A stretch of DNA of 64,000 nt from Deltaproteobacteria bacterium (GCA_020346465.1 CP070783.1:2189097-2253096), one strand, 5' to 3'; shown: positions 20,244 to 29,704, numbered from the stretch's first letter. Notes: generated from the letters alone by a model not told the origin. Made by a program: numbers and translations.

Positions 20244-21563
20244 GTGATCGAGAGGTACACAAGGCCCGGGATGGCCCGGGTCTGGGAACCCGGGAACCGC
20301 TACCGGATCTGGCTCGAGATCGAGATTCTCGCCATGGAGGCGATGGTCCGGAAAGGGTTCATTCCCGCCGACGTCCTCGCGAGGGTCCGGAAGAAGGCGG
20401 CGTTCGATATCGCGCGGATCGACGAGATCGAGAAGGTGGTGAAGCACGACGTCATCGCGTTCCTCACCTCGGTCGCCGAGCACGTCGGGGAGGACTCCCG
20501 GTACCTCCACGTCGGGATGACCAGCTCCGACGTCCTCGACACCTCCTTCGCCGTGCAGATGCGCCAGGCCCTCACGCTTCTCCTCCGGGAGGCGAAGAAG
20601 GTCTTCGAAGTCCTCAAGACGCGCGCGTTCGAGCACAAGGACACGGTGATGATCGGGCGCACCCACGGGATCCACGCCGAGCCGGTGACGTTCGGACTCA
20701 AGATGGCCCTGTGGGCCGACGAGATGCGCCGGAACATCGCCCGTCTCCGGCGCGCCCGGGAGGTGGTGTCGGTGGGGAAACTCTCGGGGGCCGTCGGCAC
20801 GTTCGCCAGCATCGACCCTTCGGTGGAAGAGTACGTCTGCCGGAAGCTCTCCCTGCGGCCCGCCCCCGTATCGACCCAGGTCGTCCAGCGGGACCGTCAC
20901 GCCGAGGTGTTCGCCACGATCGCCATCGTCGGGTCCTCCCTCGAAAAATTCGCGACCGAAATCCGGCACCTGCAGAGGACGGAAGTCCGGGAGGTCGAGG
21001 AGTTCTTTTCGGAAGGGCAGAAAGGGTCTTCGGCGATGCCCCACAAGCGGAACCCGATCCTGTCCGAGAACCTGTGCGGCCTCGCGCGGCTCCTCCGGGG
21101 ATACGCCCTCACCGCCCTCGAAAACGTGCCGCTGTGGCACGAGCGCGATATCAGCCACTCCTCGGCCGAGAGGGTGATCGGGCCGGACGCCACCATCGTG
21201 CTCGATTTCGCCCTCGCCCGCTTCCGCGGCCTCATGGAGACCCTGGTCGTGTACCCGGACCGGATGGAGAAGAACATCGCCCGGACCCACGGCCTGCTCT
21301 TCTCCCAGCGGGTCATGCTGGCGCTCGCCGCGCGGGGCCTGTCGCGCGAACGCGCGTACGACATCGTGCAGAAGTCGGCCATGGAGGCGTGGCGGAAAGA
21401 GAAGGACCTCGCCGGCCTGTTGTGGAAGGACCGCGAAGTCCGGTCACGGCTGCGGCGGGAGGAGTTCCGGGAACTGTTCGACAGGAAGCAGTACCTGAGG
21501 GCCGTCGACGCCATCTTCGACCGCGTGTTCCGAGGAGAGCCGGCCGGACGGAAGGGGTCCTGA
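20244..21563 (+). CDS. purB: adenylosuccinate lyase
   Basis: [14 protein letters not shown]... fumarate-lyase signature ([11 protein letters not shown]); GTG start behind a GGGGAGGGG SD. Confidence 0.9.
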   Translation: MIERYTRPGMARVWEPGNRYRIWLEIEILAMEAMVRKGFIPADVLARVRKKAAFDIARIDEIEKVVKHDVIAFLTSVAEHVGEDSRYLHVGMTSSDVLDTSFAVQMRQALTLLLREAKKVFEVLKTRAFEHKDTVMIGRTHGIHAEPVTFGLKMALWADEMRRNIARLRRAREVVSVGKLSGAVGTFASIDPSVEEYVCRKLSLRPAPVSTQVVQRDRHAEVFATIAIVGSSLEKFATEIRHLQRTEVREVEEFFSEGQKGSSAMPHKRNPILSENLCGLARLLRGYALTALENVPLWHERDISHSSAERVIGPDATIVLDFALARFRGLMETLVVYPDRMEKNIARTHGLLFSQRVMLALAARGLSRERAYDIVQKSAMEAWRKEKDLAGLLWKDREVRSRLRREEFRELFDRKQYLRAVDAIFDRVFRGEPAGRKGS

Positions 21564-21637
21564 CCCGTCCGCGGGCTGGCGGCCGAAGACGGGTTCCGTA
21601 TTACAATGAAGGAATGCGACGGGGAAGCGTGAGGGAC

Positions 21638-23050
21638 ATGGTTCCGGAGATCCATGAAGAGTGCGGGATTTTCGGGGTGTACGGCCACCCGGAAGCCTCG
21701 AACCTCGTCTACCTCGGCCTGTACGCTCTCCAGCACCGGGGACAGGAGAGCGCGGGGATCGCCTCCTCGGACGGGGAGGTCATCATCTTCCACAAGGGGA
21801 TGGGGCTGGTCGCCGACATCTTTTCCGAGGAGATCCTCGCGAAGCTTCCCGGCAATCTCGCCATCGGGCATGTCCGCTACTCCACGACCGGGACCTCCGA
21901 GCTGAAGAACGCGCAGCCCTTCGTCGTCGATTTCGAAAGCGGCTCCATCGCCATCTCCCACAACGGGAACCTGGTCAACGCCCAACGGCTGAAGAGGGGC
22001 CTCGAGGTGGAGGGGTCGATCTTCCAGTCGACGATGGACACGGAAGTCATCGTCCATCTGATCGCCCGGTCGCGGCTCGAGAGGATCGAGGACCGGATCG
22101 TGGACGCCCTGTCCCGCGTGCGGGGGGCGTATTCGCTCGTCTTCCTGACCCGGGACAAGCTCATCGGGGTGAGGGACCCGCACGGGATCCGGCCTCTCGT
22201 GTTCGGGAAGATCAAGGGGGGGTACGTCCTCTGCTCCGAGACGTGCGCCCTCGACCTCATCGAAGGCGAGAATCTCCGGGAGGTGGAACCGGGCGAGATG
22301 ATCGTGATCGACGAGCGCGGCGCCCGGACGTCCCATCCCTTCTTCCCCGCCTCGCCCCGGTTCTGCATCTTCGAGCATGTCTATTTCGCGCGGCCCGATT
22401 CGGTGTTCGGCGGCGCCTCGGTCTACCAGGTCCGCAAGCGCCTCGGGCGTCAACTCGCGAAGGAGTGCCCGGCGGACGCGGACATCGTCATCCCCGTTCC
22501 CGACTCGGGCGTGCCCGCGGCCCTGGGGTATGCGGAGGCCTCGGGGATCCCCTTTGCGATGGGCCTGATCCGGAACCACTACGTGGGCCGGACCTTCATC
22601 GAGCCGCAGCAGTCGATCCGGCACTTCGGGGTGAAGATCAAGCTGAACGCGGTCCGGGACGTGGTGGGGGGCAAGCGCGTCGTCGTGGTCGACGACTCGA
22701 TCGTGCGCGGGACCACGGGACGGAAGATCATGAAGATGATCCGGGACGCCGGGGCGAAGGAGGTCCACGTGAGGGTCAGCTCGCCGCCCACGACCTCCCC
22801 GTGCTTCTACGGCATCGACACGCCCCTGCGGCGCGACCTCATCGGGGCGACCCACACGCTGGACGAGATCAACCGGTACCTCACCTCCGACAGCCTGGGG
22901 TACCTGAGCGTCGAAGGCCTCCACTCCTGTGTCCCCAACGAGGGAAAGGGGTACTGCGACGCCTGCTTCACGGGCGATTACATGGTGCCTCTCGAAGTCC
23001 AGGACACGGAGGAGCAACTCCCGCTGTTCCGCGGATCCGTCAGGATCTGA
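21638..23050 (+). CDS. purF: amidophosphoribosyltransferase
   Basis: Ntn-hydrolase CGIFGVYG after a short propeptide, plus PRPP-binding [13 protein letters not shown]; an alternative upstream ATG exists at 21614. Confidence 0.8.
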   Translation: MVPEIHEECGIFGVYGHPEASNLVYLGLYALQHRGQESAGIASSDGEVIIFHKGMGLVADIFSEEILAKLPGNLAIGHVRYSTTGTSELKNAQPFVVDFESGSIAISHNGNLVNAQRLKRGLEVEGSIFQSTMDTEVIVHLIARSRLERIEDRIVDALSRVRGAYSLVFLTRDKLIGVRDPHGIRPLVFGKIKGGYVLCSETCALDLIEGENLREVEPGEMIVIDERGARTSHPFFPASPRFCIFEHVYFARPDSVFGGASVYQVRKRLGRQLAKECPADADIVIPVPDSGVPAALGYAEASGIPFAMGLIRNHYVGRTFIEPQQSIRHFGVKIKLNAVRDVVGGKRVVVVDDSIVRGTTGRKIMKMIRDAGAKEVHVRVSSPPTTSPCFYGIDTPLRRDLIGATHTLDEINRYLTSDSLGYLSVEGLHSCVPNEGKGYCDACFTGDYMVPLEVQDTEEQLPLFRGSVRI

Positions 23051-23090
23051 CGCATACGACGATTTTATCCTCGACCGGAGGGCAGAGCGA

Positions 23091-23645
23091 ATGGCCGGCG
23101 AACGGGAGCGGTTCCTCGCGATGTTGCGGGAGAAGAGCTACGAAAAGAAGAAGGTGATCCTCTCCTCGGGGCGCGAGTCCGATTTCTACATCGACTGCAA
23201 GCAGACGACGCTCGACGCCGAAGGGGCGGTCCTGACGGGGAGGCTCCTCTGCGAGATGCTGGGCAAGGAAGGGATGCCCGACGCGGTGGGGGGGATCACG
23301 CTGGGGGCGGACCCGATCGTGACCGCGGTCTCCCTGACCAGCGCGCTGCGGGGAACCCCGATCCCCGCCTTCATCATCCGGAAGGAGCCCAAGAAGCACG
23401 GCACGGCCCAGTGGATCGAGGGGACCGGGAACCTGAGGCCGGGCATGAAGGTGGCCATCGTGGAGGACGTGGTCACCACCGGGGCGTCCACCCTCCGGGC
23501 GATCGAGAGAGCCGAGGAAGCGGGCCTGGTGGTCTCCCGGGTGATCTGCCTCGTCGACCGGAACGAGGGCGGGGCGGAGTTCCTGCAGGAGAAGGGATAC
23601 CGCCTCGAGCCGTTGTTCCGCAAGGAGGACGTGGAAAATGCCTGA
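23091..23645 (+). CDS. pyrE: orotate phosphoribosyltransferase
   Basis: PRTase motif (VAIVEDVVTTGAS); ATG 8 nt after a GGAGGG SD. Confidence 0.85.
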   Translation: MAGERERFLAMLREKSYEKKKVILSSGRESDFYIDCKQTTLDAEGAVLTGRLLCEMLGKEGMPDAVGGITLGADPIVTAVSLTSALRGTPIPAFIIRKEPKKHGTAQWIEGTGNLRPGMKVAIVEDVVTTGASTLRAIERAEEAGLVVSRVICLVDRNEGGAEFLQEKGYRLEPLFRKEDVENA

Positions 23646-24273
23646 GGGCAGGGTTCGCCTGGGAGCCGGGCTTCTCGCGGCGGCGATCGTGTCCGGCGTG
23701 GTCCTGTGCGCCGGCTGCGGGACCCGCGCGATGACCCTCTACGAACAGGTCCAGCGCTCGAAGAAGTACGCGCGCACGACGGAGGCGTTCACACGCACCC
23801 GGGAGGTCCACGACGGGCTGGATACGAGGTTCATCCTCAGCTCCACGTGGCTCTCCCCCGAATGGATCCGGGCGTTCTCGGAGGAGTATGCGAACATCTA
23901 CTACCTCGACGGGGAACGCAGGGAAGAGAGGGTCGGCGTGTGGGAGAGGGAGTCCGAACGGTACGAACGGTTCTTCGTCGCCCTCTTCACCCCCGACACC
24001 CGGACGAACGACCTCGACAAAAAGAAGACCCTGTGGACTCTCCATCTCGTGCGGGCGGACGAGGTCGATTTCGAGCCGGTCTACGTGAGAAAGACATCGT
24101 TGCGCCCCGAGGAGGTGTCCAAGTTCTTCCCCTACTCGGACACCTTTTACCGGGCCTACGAAGTCGCCTTTCCGAAGGAGGCGGGGGAGAAGGTGGAACC
24201 GTCGATCGCCGCGCCCCGCTTCAAGCTGGTCCTCTCCGGGGTCCAGGGGCGCGCCGTGCTGGTCTGGGACTAG
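23638..24273 (+). CDS. hypothetical lipoprotein (signal peptide with lipobox LCAGC)
   Basis: N-terminal hydrophobic signal ending in L-C-A-G-C; no recognisable catalytic motif; ATG overlaps the pyrE 3' end. Confidence 0.55.
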   Translation: MPEGRVRLGAGLLAAAIVSGVVLCAGCGTRAMTLYEQVQRSKKYARTTEAFTRTREVHDGLDTRFILSSTWLSPEWIRAFSEEYANIYYLDGERREERVGVWERESERYERFFVALFTPDTRTNDLDKKKTLWTLHLVRADEVDFEPVYVRKTSLRPEEVSKFFPYSDTFYRAYEVAFPKEAGEKVEPSIAAPRFKLVLSGVQGRAVLVWD

Positions 24274-25877
24274 AACCACGTCCGCCGGATGAGGGTGTCC
24301 TTCCTCCCGTGCTCCTCGTCGAGGTAGGGGTAGTCGATCGTGGAGTGCAGCCCCCGGCTCTCTTTCCGCTGGATGGCGCTGCGCACGATGAGCTCCGCGA
24401 CGGTGCAGATGTTCCTAAGCTCCAGCAGGTCTCCCGTCACCTTGAAGTTCCAGTAGTATTCCGAGATCTCCTTCTTCAGGAGTTCGATCCGGTCGAGCGC
24501 CCGTTCGAGCCGCTTGTTGGAGCGGACGATGCCGACGTAGTTCCACATGAGCCGGCGGATCTCGTCCCAGTTGTGGGTGACGACGACCGCCTCGTCCGAG
24601 TCCTGCGCGTTCCCCGGATCCCATTCGGGGACGCGGACCCTGGGGCGCGGTTTCCCCACATACGCCTGTGCGGCACGCGCGACCGCCCGGTTGGAGAAGA
24701 CCAGGGCCTCGAGGAGGGAGTTGGAGGCGAGCCGGTTGGCGCCGTGCAGCCCGGTGCAGGCGCTCTCCCCGATGGCGAACAGCCGCCGGATGTCGGTCTC
24801 CCCGTTCAGGTCGGTCCGGACCCCGCCGCACTGGTAGTGCGCCGCCGGAACGACCGGGATCGGCTCCTTCGTCATGTCGATCCCGAAGGACAGGCACGTT
24901 TTGTGGATGTGCGGGAACCGCTTCCGGATGAACGAGGCTCCCTTGTGGGTGATGTCGAGGTAGGCGCACTCCGCCCCCGTCCGCTTGAGCTCCGCATCGA
25001 TGACCCGGGCGACGATGTCCCGGGGGGCGAGTTCCCCCATCGGGTGCGCCCCCTCCATGAATGGTTTGCCCGCCCGGTTGCGCAGGGTAGCCCCCTCCCC
25101 CCGGATCGCTTCCGAGATGAGAAAGGACTTGGCATGCGGGTGGAAGAGGCAGGTGGGATGGAACTGGACGAACTCCATGTTGGCGACCGTCGCCCCGGCC
25201 CGGTACGCGATCGCGATGCCGTCCCCGGTGGAAATGTCGGGGTTGCTCGTGTACAGGTAGACCTTCCCGGACCCCCCCGTGGAGAGGATGGTGGCGTCCG
25301 CCAGGAACGTGTGGATCGTTCCCTTCCTGGTGTCGAGGACGTACGCTCCGATCGCCTCGTCCTCCCTGGGTCGCTCGAACGATTCCACTTTCCGGCGGGT
25401 GATGAGGTTGACGGCGGCGTGGTTCTCGTAGATCCGGATCCGGCGATGGGCGCGGGCGCGGGAGAGGAGAACGCGTTCCACCTCCCGGCCGGTCAGGTCC
25501 TTGGCGTGGAAGATCCTCCTCTTCGAGTGCCCCCCCTCGCGTCCGAGGTCGAACTCCTGCCCCCCCTTCAGGCGGGAGAACCGGACTCCCCACTCGATCA
25601 GTTCCCGGATCTGCGCGGGGGCGTTGCGCACGACGAGGTCGACCACGTCGGGGTGGCAGAGCCCTGCCCCCGCCCGGTGCGTGTCCTCGATGTGGGATTC
25701 GAACGAATCCTCGCCGCTCCACACGGTGGCGATGCCGCCCTGCGCGTAGTTCGTGCTGGACTCGAAGGCCTCTTTTTTCGTAATGATGGCTACCGATCCC
25801 TTGCGGGCCGCGCGAAGGGCGAAACTGAGGCCTGCAATGCCGCTTCCGATGACCAGGAATTGGGAGCGCCGTTCCAT
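24270..25877 (-). CDS. nadB: L-aspartate oxidase
   Basis: FAD-binding N-terminus ([15 protein letters not shown]...YAQGGIA); start set at the internal ATG preceded by GGGAGG (MERRSQF); the longer ORF-track start lacks an SD. Confidence 0.85.
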   Translation of the reverse strand: MERRSQFLVIGSGIAGLSFALRAARKGSVAIITKKEAFESSTNYAQGGIATVWSGEDSFESHIEDTHRAGAGLCHPDVVDLVVRNAPAQIRELIEWGVRFSRLKGGQEFDLGREGGHSKRRIFHAKDLTGREVERVLLSRARAHRRIRIYENHAAVNLITRRKVESFERPREDEAIGAYVLDTRKGTIHTFLADATILSTGGSGKVYLYTSNPDISTGDGIAIAYRAGATVANMEFVQFHPTCLFHPHAKSFLISEAIRGEGATLRNRAGKPFMEGAHPMGELAPRDIVARVIDAELKRTGAECAYLDITHKGASFIRKRFPHIHKTCLSFGIDMTKEPIPVVPAAHYQCGGVRTDLNGETDIRRLFAIGESACTGLHGANRLASNSLLEALVFSNRAVARAAQAYVGKPRPRVRVPEWDPGNAQDSDEAVVVTHNWDEIRRLMWNYVGIVRSNKRLERALDRIELLKKEISEYYWNFKVTGDLLELRNICTVAELIVRSAIQRKESRGLHSTIDYPYLDEEHGRKDTLIRRTWF

Positions 25878-25906
25878 CCTTTGCCTCCCGCTGGATCCCG
25901 TGCCGA

Positions 25907-25936
25907 TTGACAAGGGAAACGCGATTCCGCTAAGAT
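25907..25936 (+). promoter_or_regulatory. putative promoter of the lytic transglycosylase gene (possibly a leaderless transcript)
   Basis: TTGACA, 18-nt spacer, TAAGAT, then 8 nt to the ATG at 25945 with no SD. Confidence 0.4.
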
Positions 25937-25944
25937 ACGGAAAT

Positions 25945-26529
25945 ATGAAGTGTTTACGGATATTTTTAACCACATCCTTCCTCCTTTGTCCAACGGTTAT
26001 TTTCGCGGATATCTACCGGACCGTGGACAAGGACGGAGTCCTCCACTTCACCAACACCCCGCGCGACTCGAAGGCGGAACTCTACCTCAGGGAGGCTCCG
26101 GAACCGCGCCCCCGGGGAAGATCCCCGGGCCCGGAGAACACCTGGGTGATGGAATACGTCGAACGGGTTTCCCGGGCGCACAACCTCCCCCCCGCGCTTG
26201 TGAAGGCGATCATCCGGGCCGAATCCAACTGGGATCGTTCCGCCGAGTCGCCCAAGGGAGCGAAGGGAATCATGCAACTGATGCCGGTCACGCAGAGGCA
26301 GATGAACGTCTCCCAACCCTTCGATCCGGTCGAGAACATCGCGGGGGGGGTCCGGTACATCAAGGAGCTGCTCGGGACCTTCGACGGGAAAACGGAACAC
26401 GCCGTCGCCGCCTACAACGCCGGTCCTGCCGCAGTGAAGAAGTACGGCGGCATTCCGCCGTACACGGAAACCCGGGTCTTCGTCGAGAGGGTGATGGATT
26501 ACTATTCGCAGTACCAAGCCGCCGAATGA
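25945..26529 (+). CDS. lytic transglycosylase domain protein with N-terminal DUF4124
   Basis: Signal peptide, a [16 protein letters not shown] (DUF4124) segment, then the SLT catalytic region ([10 protein letters not shown]...GIMQLMP...AYNAGP). Confidence 0.75.
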   Translation: MKCLRIFLTTSFLLCPTVIFADIYRTVDKDGVLHFTNTPRDSKAELYLREAPEPRPRGRSPGPENTWVMEYVERVSRAHNLPPALVKAIIRAESNWDRSAESPKGAKGIMQLMPVTQRQMNVSQPFDPVENIAGGVRYIKELLGTFDGKTEHAVAAYNAGPAAVKKYGGIPPYTETRVFVERVMDYYSQYQAAE

Positions 26530-27095
26530 ACGAAAACAGCCGGCTCAACCTGCCCAATCTCCTCACGCTTTTCCGGATCCTCACCGTCCCGGTCGTCGTC
26601 CTGCTGCTGTACACGCCCGAGGGGCGCGACATTTCCTTCTCCCGGTCCCTGGCGGCGATGATCCTGTTTACGGTCTCGTCGTTCACCGACCTGTTCGACG
26701 GGTACATCGCGAGGCGGTACCAGATGGTCACCTCGCTGGGGAAACTCCTGGACCCTCTCGCGGACAAGCTTCTCGTCTGCGCGGCGATCGTGATGCTGAT
26801 CCCCTCCGGCAGGGTGCCGGCCTGGATGGTGGTCATCATCGTCGGGCGGGAGATCGGCGTCACGGCGCTCCGGGGGGTCGCCTCCACCGAAGGGCTCGTC
26901 ATCGCCGCCTCCTCCCTGGGGAAGGCGAAGACGGTCCTGCTGTCCATCGGGGTCGGGGCGCTCATCCTCAACTACCCGATCCTGGGGATCGACGTCCACC
27001 TCCTGGGGATGCTGTTCCTGGTCGCCGGGCTGATCCTCACGGCGTGGTCCGGAATGGACTATTTCTTCCGGTTCGTGAAGGAGATCTTCAAGTAG
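26526..27095 (+). CDS. pgsA: CDP-diacylglycerol--glycerol-3-phosphate 3-phosphatidyltransferase
   Basis: CDP-alcohol phosphatidyltransferase motif (DLFDGYIARR...GKLLDPLADK); ATGA overlap. Confidence 0.85.
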   Translation: MNENSRLNLPNLLTLFRILTVPVVVLLLYTPEGRDISFSRSLAAMILFTVSSFTDLFDGYIARRYQMVTSLGKLLDPLADKLLVCAAIVMLIPSGRVPAWMVVIIVGREIGVTALRGVASTEGLVIAASSLGKAKTVLLSIGVGALILNYPILGIDVHLLGMLFLVAGLILTAWSGMDYFFRFVKEIFK

Positions 27096-27116
27096 CGGCG
27101 CACCCGGACCGATTCC

Positions 27117-27146
27117 TTGACAATGCTTGGGCGATTCTCATAGAAT
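27117..27146 (+). promoter_or_regulatory. tRNA-Gly promoter
   Basis: Perfect TTGACA, 18-nt spacer, TAGAAT, ending 12 nt before the tRNA 5' end. Confidence 0.55.
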
Positions 27147-27158
27147 CGAGGTCCTGAC

Positions 27159-27233
<75 letters not shown>

Positions 27234-27243
27234 AATAAAACAG

Positions 27244-27278
27244 GGGGTTGCGACCTTCACCGCAACCCCTTTTTCTTT
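27244..27278. terminator. bidirectional intrinsic terminator after tRNA-Gly
   Basis: GGGGTTGCG-ACCTTCAC-CGCAACCCC followed by TTTTTCTTT on the + strand and TGTTTTATTT on the - strand. Confidence 0.7.
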
Positions 27279-27417
27279 CCGGTTGGCTGGTTTATCCTGC
27301 CACTTATCCCGCCCCGTTTCCCGTCACAGGAAGGAACAACAGGGGCCTGGCCCCGACGCCATTTCCTGGATCAGGGAGAGCTTGTACCATTTTCCCCCGG
27401 TCATCCCGTGGTAGGGA

Positions 27418-27558
27418 TCAATCCACCAACGGCAGGAGCCGGATCCAAGCAATTATCCGCGATACGTTTATGATGATGACGATCGCGGAAAACCCGATAA
27501 CGGCTGTAATGAATATCGCTAATATTTCGTCCGGGATATATCGAACCCGCGAGTTCAT
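27418..27558 (-). CDS. unannotated 46-aa single-TM hydrophobic peptide (MNSRVRYIPDEILAIFITAVIGFSAIVIIINVSRIIAWIRLLPLVD)
   Basis: Below the ORF-track size cutoff; ATG 7 nt after a perfect AAGGAGG SD; AT-rich codons (ata, tta, att) unlike the host; sits in the low-GC segment next to tRNA-Gly. Confidence 0.45.
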   Translation of the reverse strand: MNSRVRYIPDEILAIFITAVIGFSAIVIIINVSRIIAWIRLLPLVD

Positions 27559-27657
27559 TCTTCTTCCTCCTTATACCTTCCCTTGTCGTCTCGTTTCCTT
27601 TTCAACTAGTCAACGAACAGTGTCCCCCCGCCGCCTCCTTTCCGGCGGGGCAGTTTA

Positions 27658-27671
27658 CCAGGTATACCTGG
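27658..27671. promoter_or_regulatory. perfect 14-bp palindrome CCAGGTATACCTGG (candidate operator)
   Basis: Lies between the divergent small ORF and the RHH gene, about 50 nt upstream of the RHH start; a GC-rich 8-bp stem hairpin (CCCCGCCG...CGGCGGGG) lies at 27626-27650. Confidence 0.3.
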
Positions 27672-27722
27672 AAAACAATTTATACCCGGGGTTGTAGAAG
27701 TCAAATCTTTTTTGAGGGTATA

Positions 27723-27911
27723 ATGGCGGCCATGGAAAAGAAGAAAGGACCACCGCGGCATTACCCGACGACGATCTGCACCCGCGTTTCGGAAAAGACG
27801 TTCAGCCGGCTGGCGAAGTTGGCCCTGGATGAGGATCGGCCGGTTTCGTGGATCGTCAGGAGAATCCTCGTCCAACACCTGGAGGCCCAGGACAAGAAGG
27901 GGCGAAAATAG
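27723..27911 (+). CDS. ribbon-helix-helix (CopG/Arc-like) DNA-binding protein
   Basis: 62 aa; ICTRVSEKTFSRLAKLALDEDRPVSWIVRRILVQHL has an RHH beta-alpha-alpha pattern; a TATAAT overlaps the first ATG, so the second ATG (27732) may be a leaderless start. Confidence 0.55.
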   Translation: MAAMEKKKGPPRHYPTTICTRVSEKTFSRLAKLALDEDRPVSWIVRRILVQHLEAQDKKGRK

Positions 27912-27930
27912 CGCCCAGGATGTTTTTTTT
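27900..27930 (+). terminator. putative intrinsic terminator of the RHH gene
   Basis: GGGCG-AAAATAG-CGCCC stem-loop spanning the stop codon, then AGGATG and a T8 run. Confidence 0.45.
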
Positions 27931-28111
27931 CTCCCCGTCCTGAAGAGATCAACGACACCCTGCTCCCCTTGGAACTCCTCCCCCCTGTGGCAAATTGGCT
28001 CAGTTGTCGGCTTACGAACCCTCGGAGGGCTCCCCCGCTTCGGGTACAGTTCGGGGACGTTCTTAAACTTTTTAAGGCATGGGACCGGATTCCCTCCGTT
28101 GGAGGGGGAGA

Positions 28112-28849
28112 TTACCCGATTTTCTGCGCCAAATCCCCGGCGAAGACGGGATAGGAGCGCCGAAGAAGCGGGATCTGGGCGCGCATCAGCGCGAGATCGG
28201 ACGGGGAAGGGGAGGGCGTTTCCGGAACCTTTTCCGGCAGTAGGGGGAACCCCGTCTGCTTTCGCACCTCATCGCCCGATACGCCGGGATGGAGGGAGGC
28301 AAGATGCCACTCGGCGGCGTCGCCGTCGTACTCCATCGTGCAAAGGGGCGTGATGAGCTTCGTGGGGCCTCCCCGACGCCACGGGTAATGCGGGGTGCTC
28401 GCCGCGGACGTGATGAAGTCGCATTTCTCCACGAACACGCGGGGGGAGTGGGCAAGCGTCACCAGGACGACGCGCCGGGTCATGTAGTAGAGCATTGCCG
28501 AGCCCGCTCCTCCGGGAAGGCGGACGCGGGGGGCGGCGTACTCCCCGATGCAGGTCAGGTTGATGTTCCCCTTTCGGTCGATCTGGGCGCCCGACAGGAA
28601 GAAGAGGTCGAGTTTTCCCCGCTGTGCCAGGTCGAACAGCTCCCGGGAGCCGTCGGTTACGGGGGTGTCTTCCGACCCGAAGAAGAGGAACTTTCCGTGT
28701 CCGGCATGACGTGCCCTTGCGTGGAGCACCCCCAGAAGAGGAACGGGAGAGAGAGTGCCCACCGCCGTCCGCTCGAAATCGCGAACCTCGAGGGAAACCT
28801 GGAAGGCCAGGTATTCCTCCGGAAGGCATCCCTCGAGGGCGAGGGCCAT
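28112..28849 (-). CDS. family-I CoA-transferase subunit B (beta)
   Basis: LFFLSGAQIDRKGNINLTCIGEY matches the beta-subunit core of AtoA/GctB-type CoA-transferases; begins 7 nt after the subunit A stop. Confidence 0.8.
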   Translation of the reverse strand: MALALEGCLPEEYLAFQVSLEVRDFERTAVGTLSPVPLLGVLHARARHAGHGKFLFFGSEDTPVTDGSRELFDLAQRGKLDLFFLSGAQIDRKGNINLTCIGEYAAPRVRLPGGAGSAMLYYMTRRVVLVTLAHSPRVFVEKCDFITSAASTPHYPWRRGGPTKLITPLCTMEYDGDAAEWHLASLHPGVSGDEVRKQTGFPLLPEKVPETPSPSPSDLALMRAQIPLLRRSYPVFAGDLAQKIG

Positions 28850-28855
28850 GGCGCG

Positions 28856-29704
28856 TCAGACCGCCTTCCCGCAGGCAAGCCCGAGATACTCTTCCTCGGT
28901 CTTCCCGAGGACGAACCGGTCCAGGTACTCCGAAAACCCCTCCGGCGTCTTCGCCGCCGCGAGGTACTCCTCGACGTGGGCGCGGTCGATCCCGTAGACG
29001 TGGACGCATCCTGCCGGGTGGGCGCCCCGAGGCGCCACGACGACCAGGTCGATGTGGAGGGCGGAGAGGAAGATCTCCCCGGGACGGGCGACGAGTGTTT
29101 CCGGCGGGACGACTTCCTCCACGGTTACGATCGACTGCTTCGCCGCGAGGACGGCGAGCCGGTCCGATTCGAGAGCGGAACAGACGACGTTTCCCATTTC
29201 GTCGGCGCGGATCGCGTGGATGACCGCCCAGTCCGGGCGGATCGCCGGCACGACGAAGATCTCCTTTCCCGAATACGGGTCCGTGACTGTCCGGAAATCC
29301 TCCCGGACCTTTTCGTAGTCGGTCCCGGCGAACCCGAGCATGGGGTGGAACGGCAATCCGGAGGCTCCAGCCTGGAGACCGGCCAGGATGCCGGGTCAGG
29401 AGTGTTCGTGCGTGACGATCCGCCCGCTTTCGACCCCCCGCCGGAAGTTCGGCGCCATGCCGAACTCCCCCATCGATACCTGGGGGAACTCGATGGAGCG
29501 GGCACACCCGGCGCCGACGAGCAGGTCGACGTTGATCCCCCCCACGGGAACGACGACAAGGTCGAGGTCCCTCTTCTCCTGCCGGACCAACTCCCGGACG
29601 AACGCCATCGGGCTCATGATCATCGCCCCGCCGATCGCGATCTTCGCCCCCGAAGGTACGCTGCCGGCGGCCTCGGCAAGCGTCACGAACTGCGCCTGAT
29701 TCAT
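28856..29704 (-). CDS. family-I CoA-transferase subunit A (alpha): one 282-codon frame with a single in-frame TGA at 29398..29396 (candidate selenocysteine codon, or a nonsense-mutation pseudogene)
   Basis: ORF-track pieces 29396..29704 (MNQAQFVTLAEAAGS...RIVTHEHS) and 28856..29356 are in the same frame, separated only by a TGA; both halves look like alpha-subunit sequence; AGGAGA SD 7 nt before the ATG at 29704. Confidence 0.7.

Noticed and set aside
27644-27672. 11-nt identity (GUUUACCAGGU) to the conserved domain IV of SRP (4.5S) RNA
   Set aside because: The match does not continue into the essential GGAA tetraloop / AGCAGCC region. The segment instead forms the CCAGGTATACCTGG palindrome. 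Not an ffs gene.
27969-28154. 61-aa ORF in the RHH / CoA-transferase convergent intergenic region
   Set aside because: No SD, odd composition, and it overlaps the 3' end of the CoA-transferase B gene on the other strand. Likely noncoding 3' UTR space.
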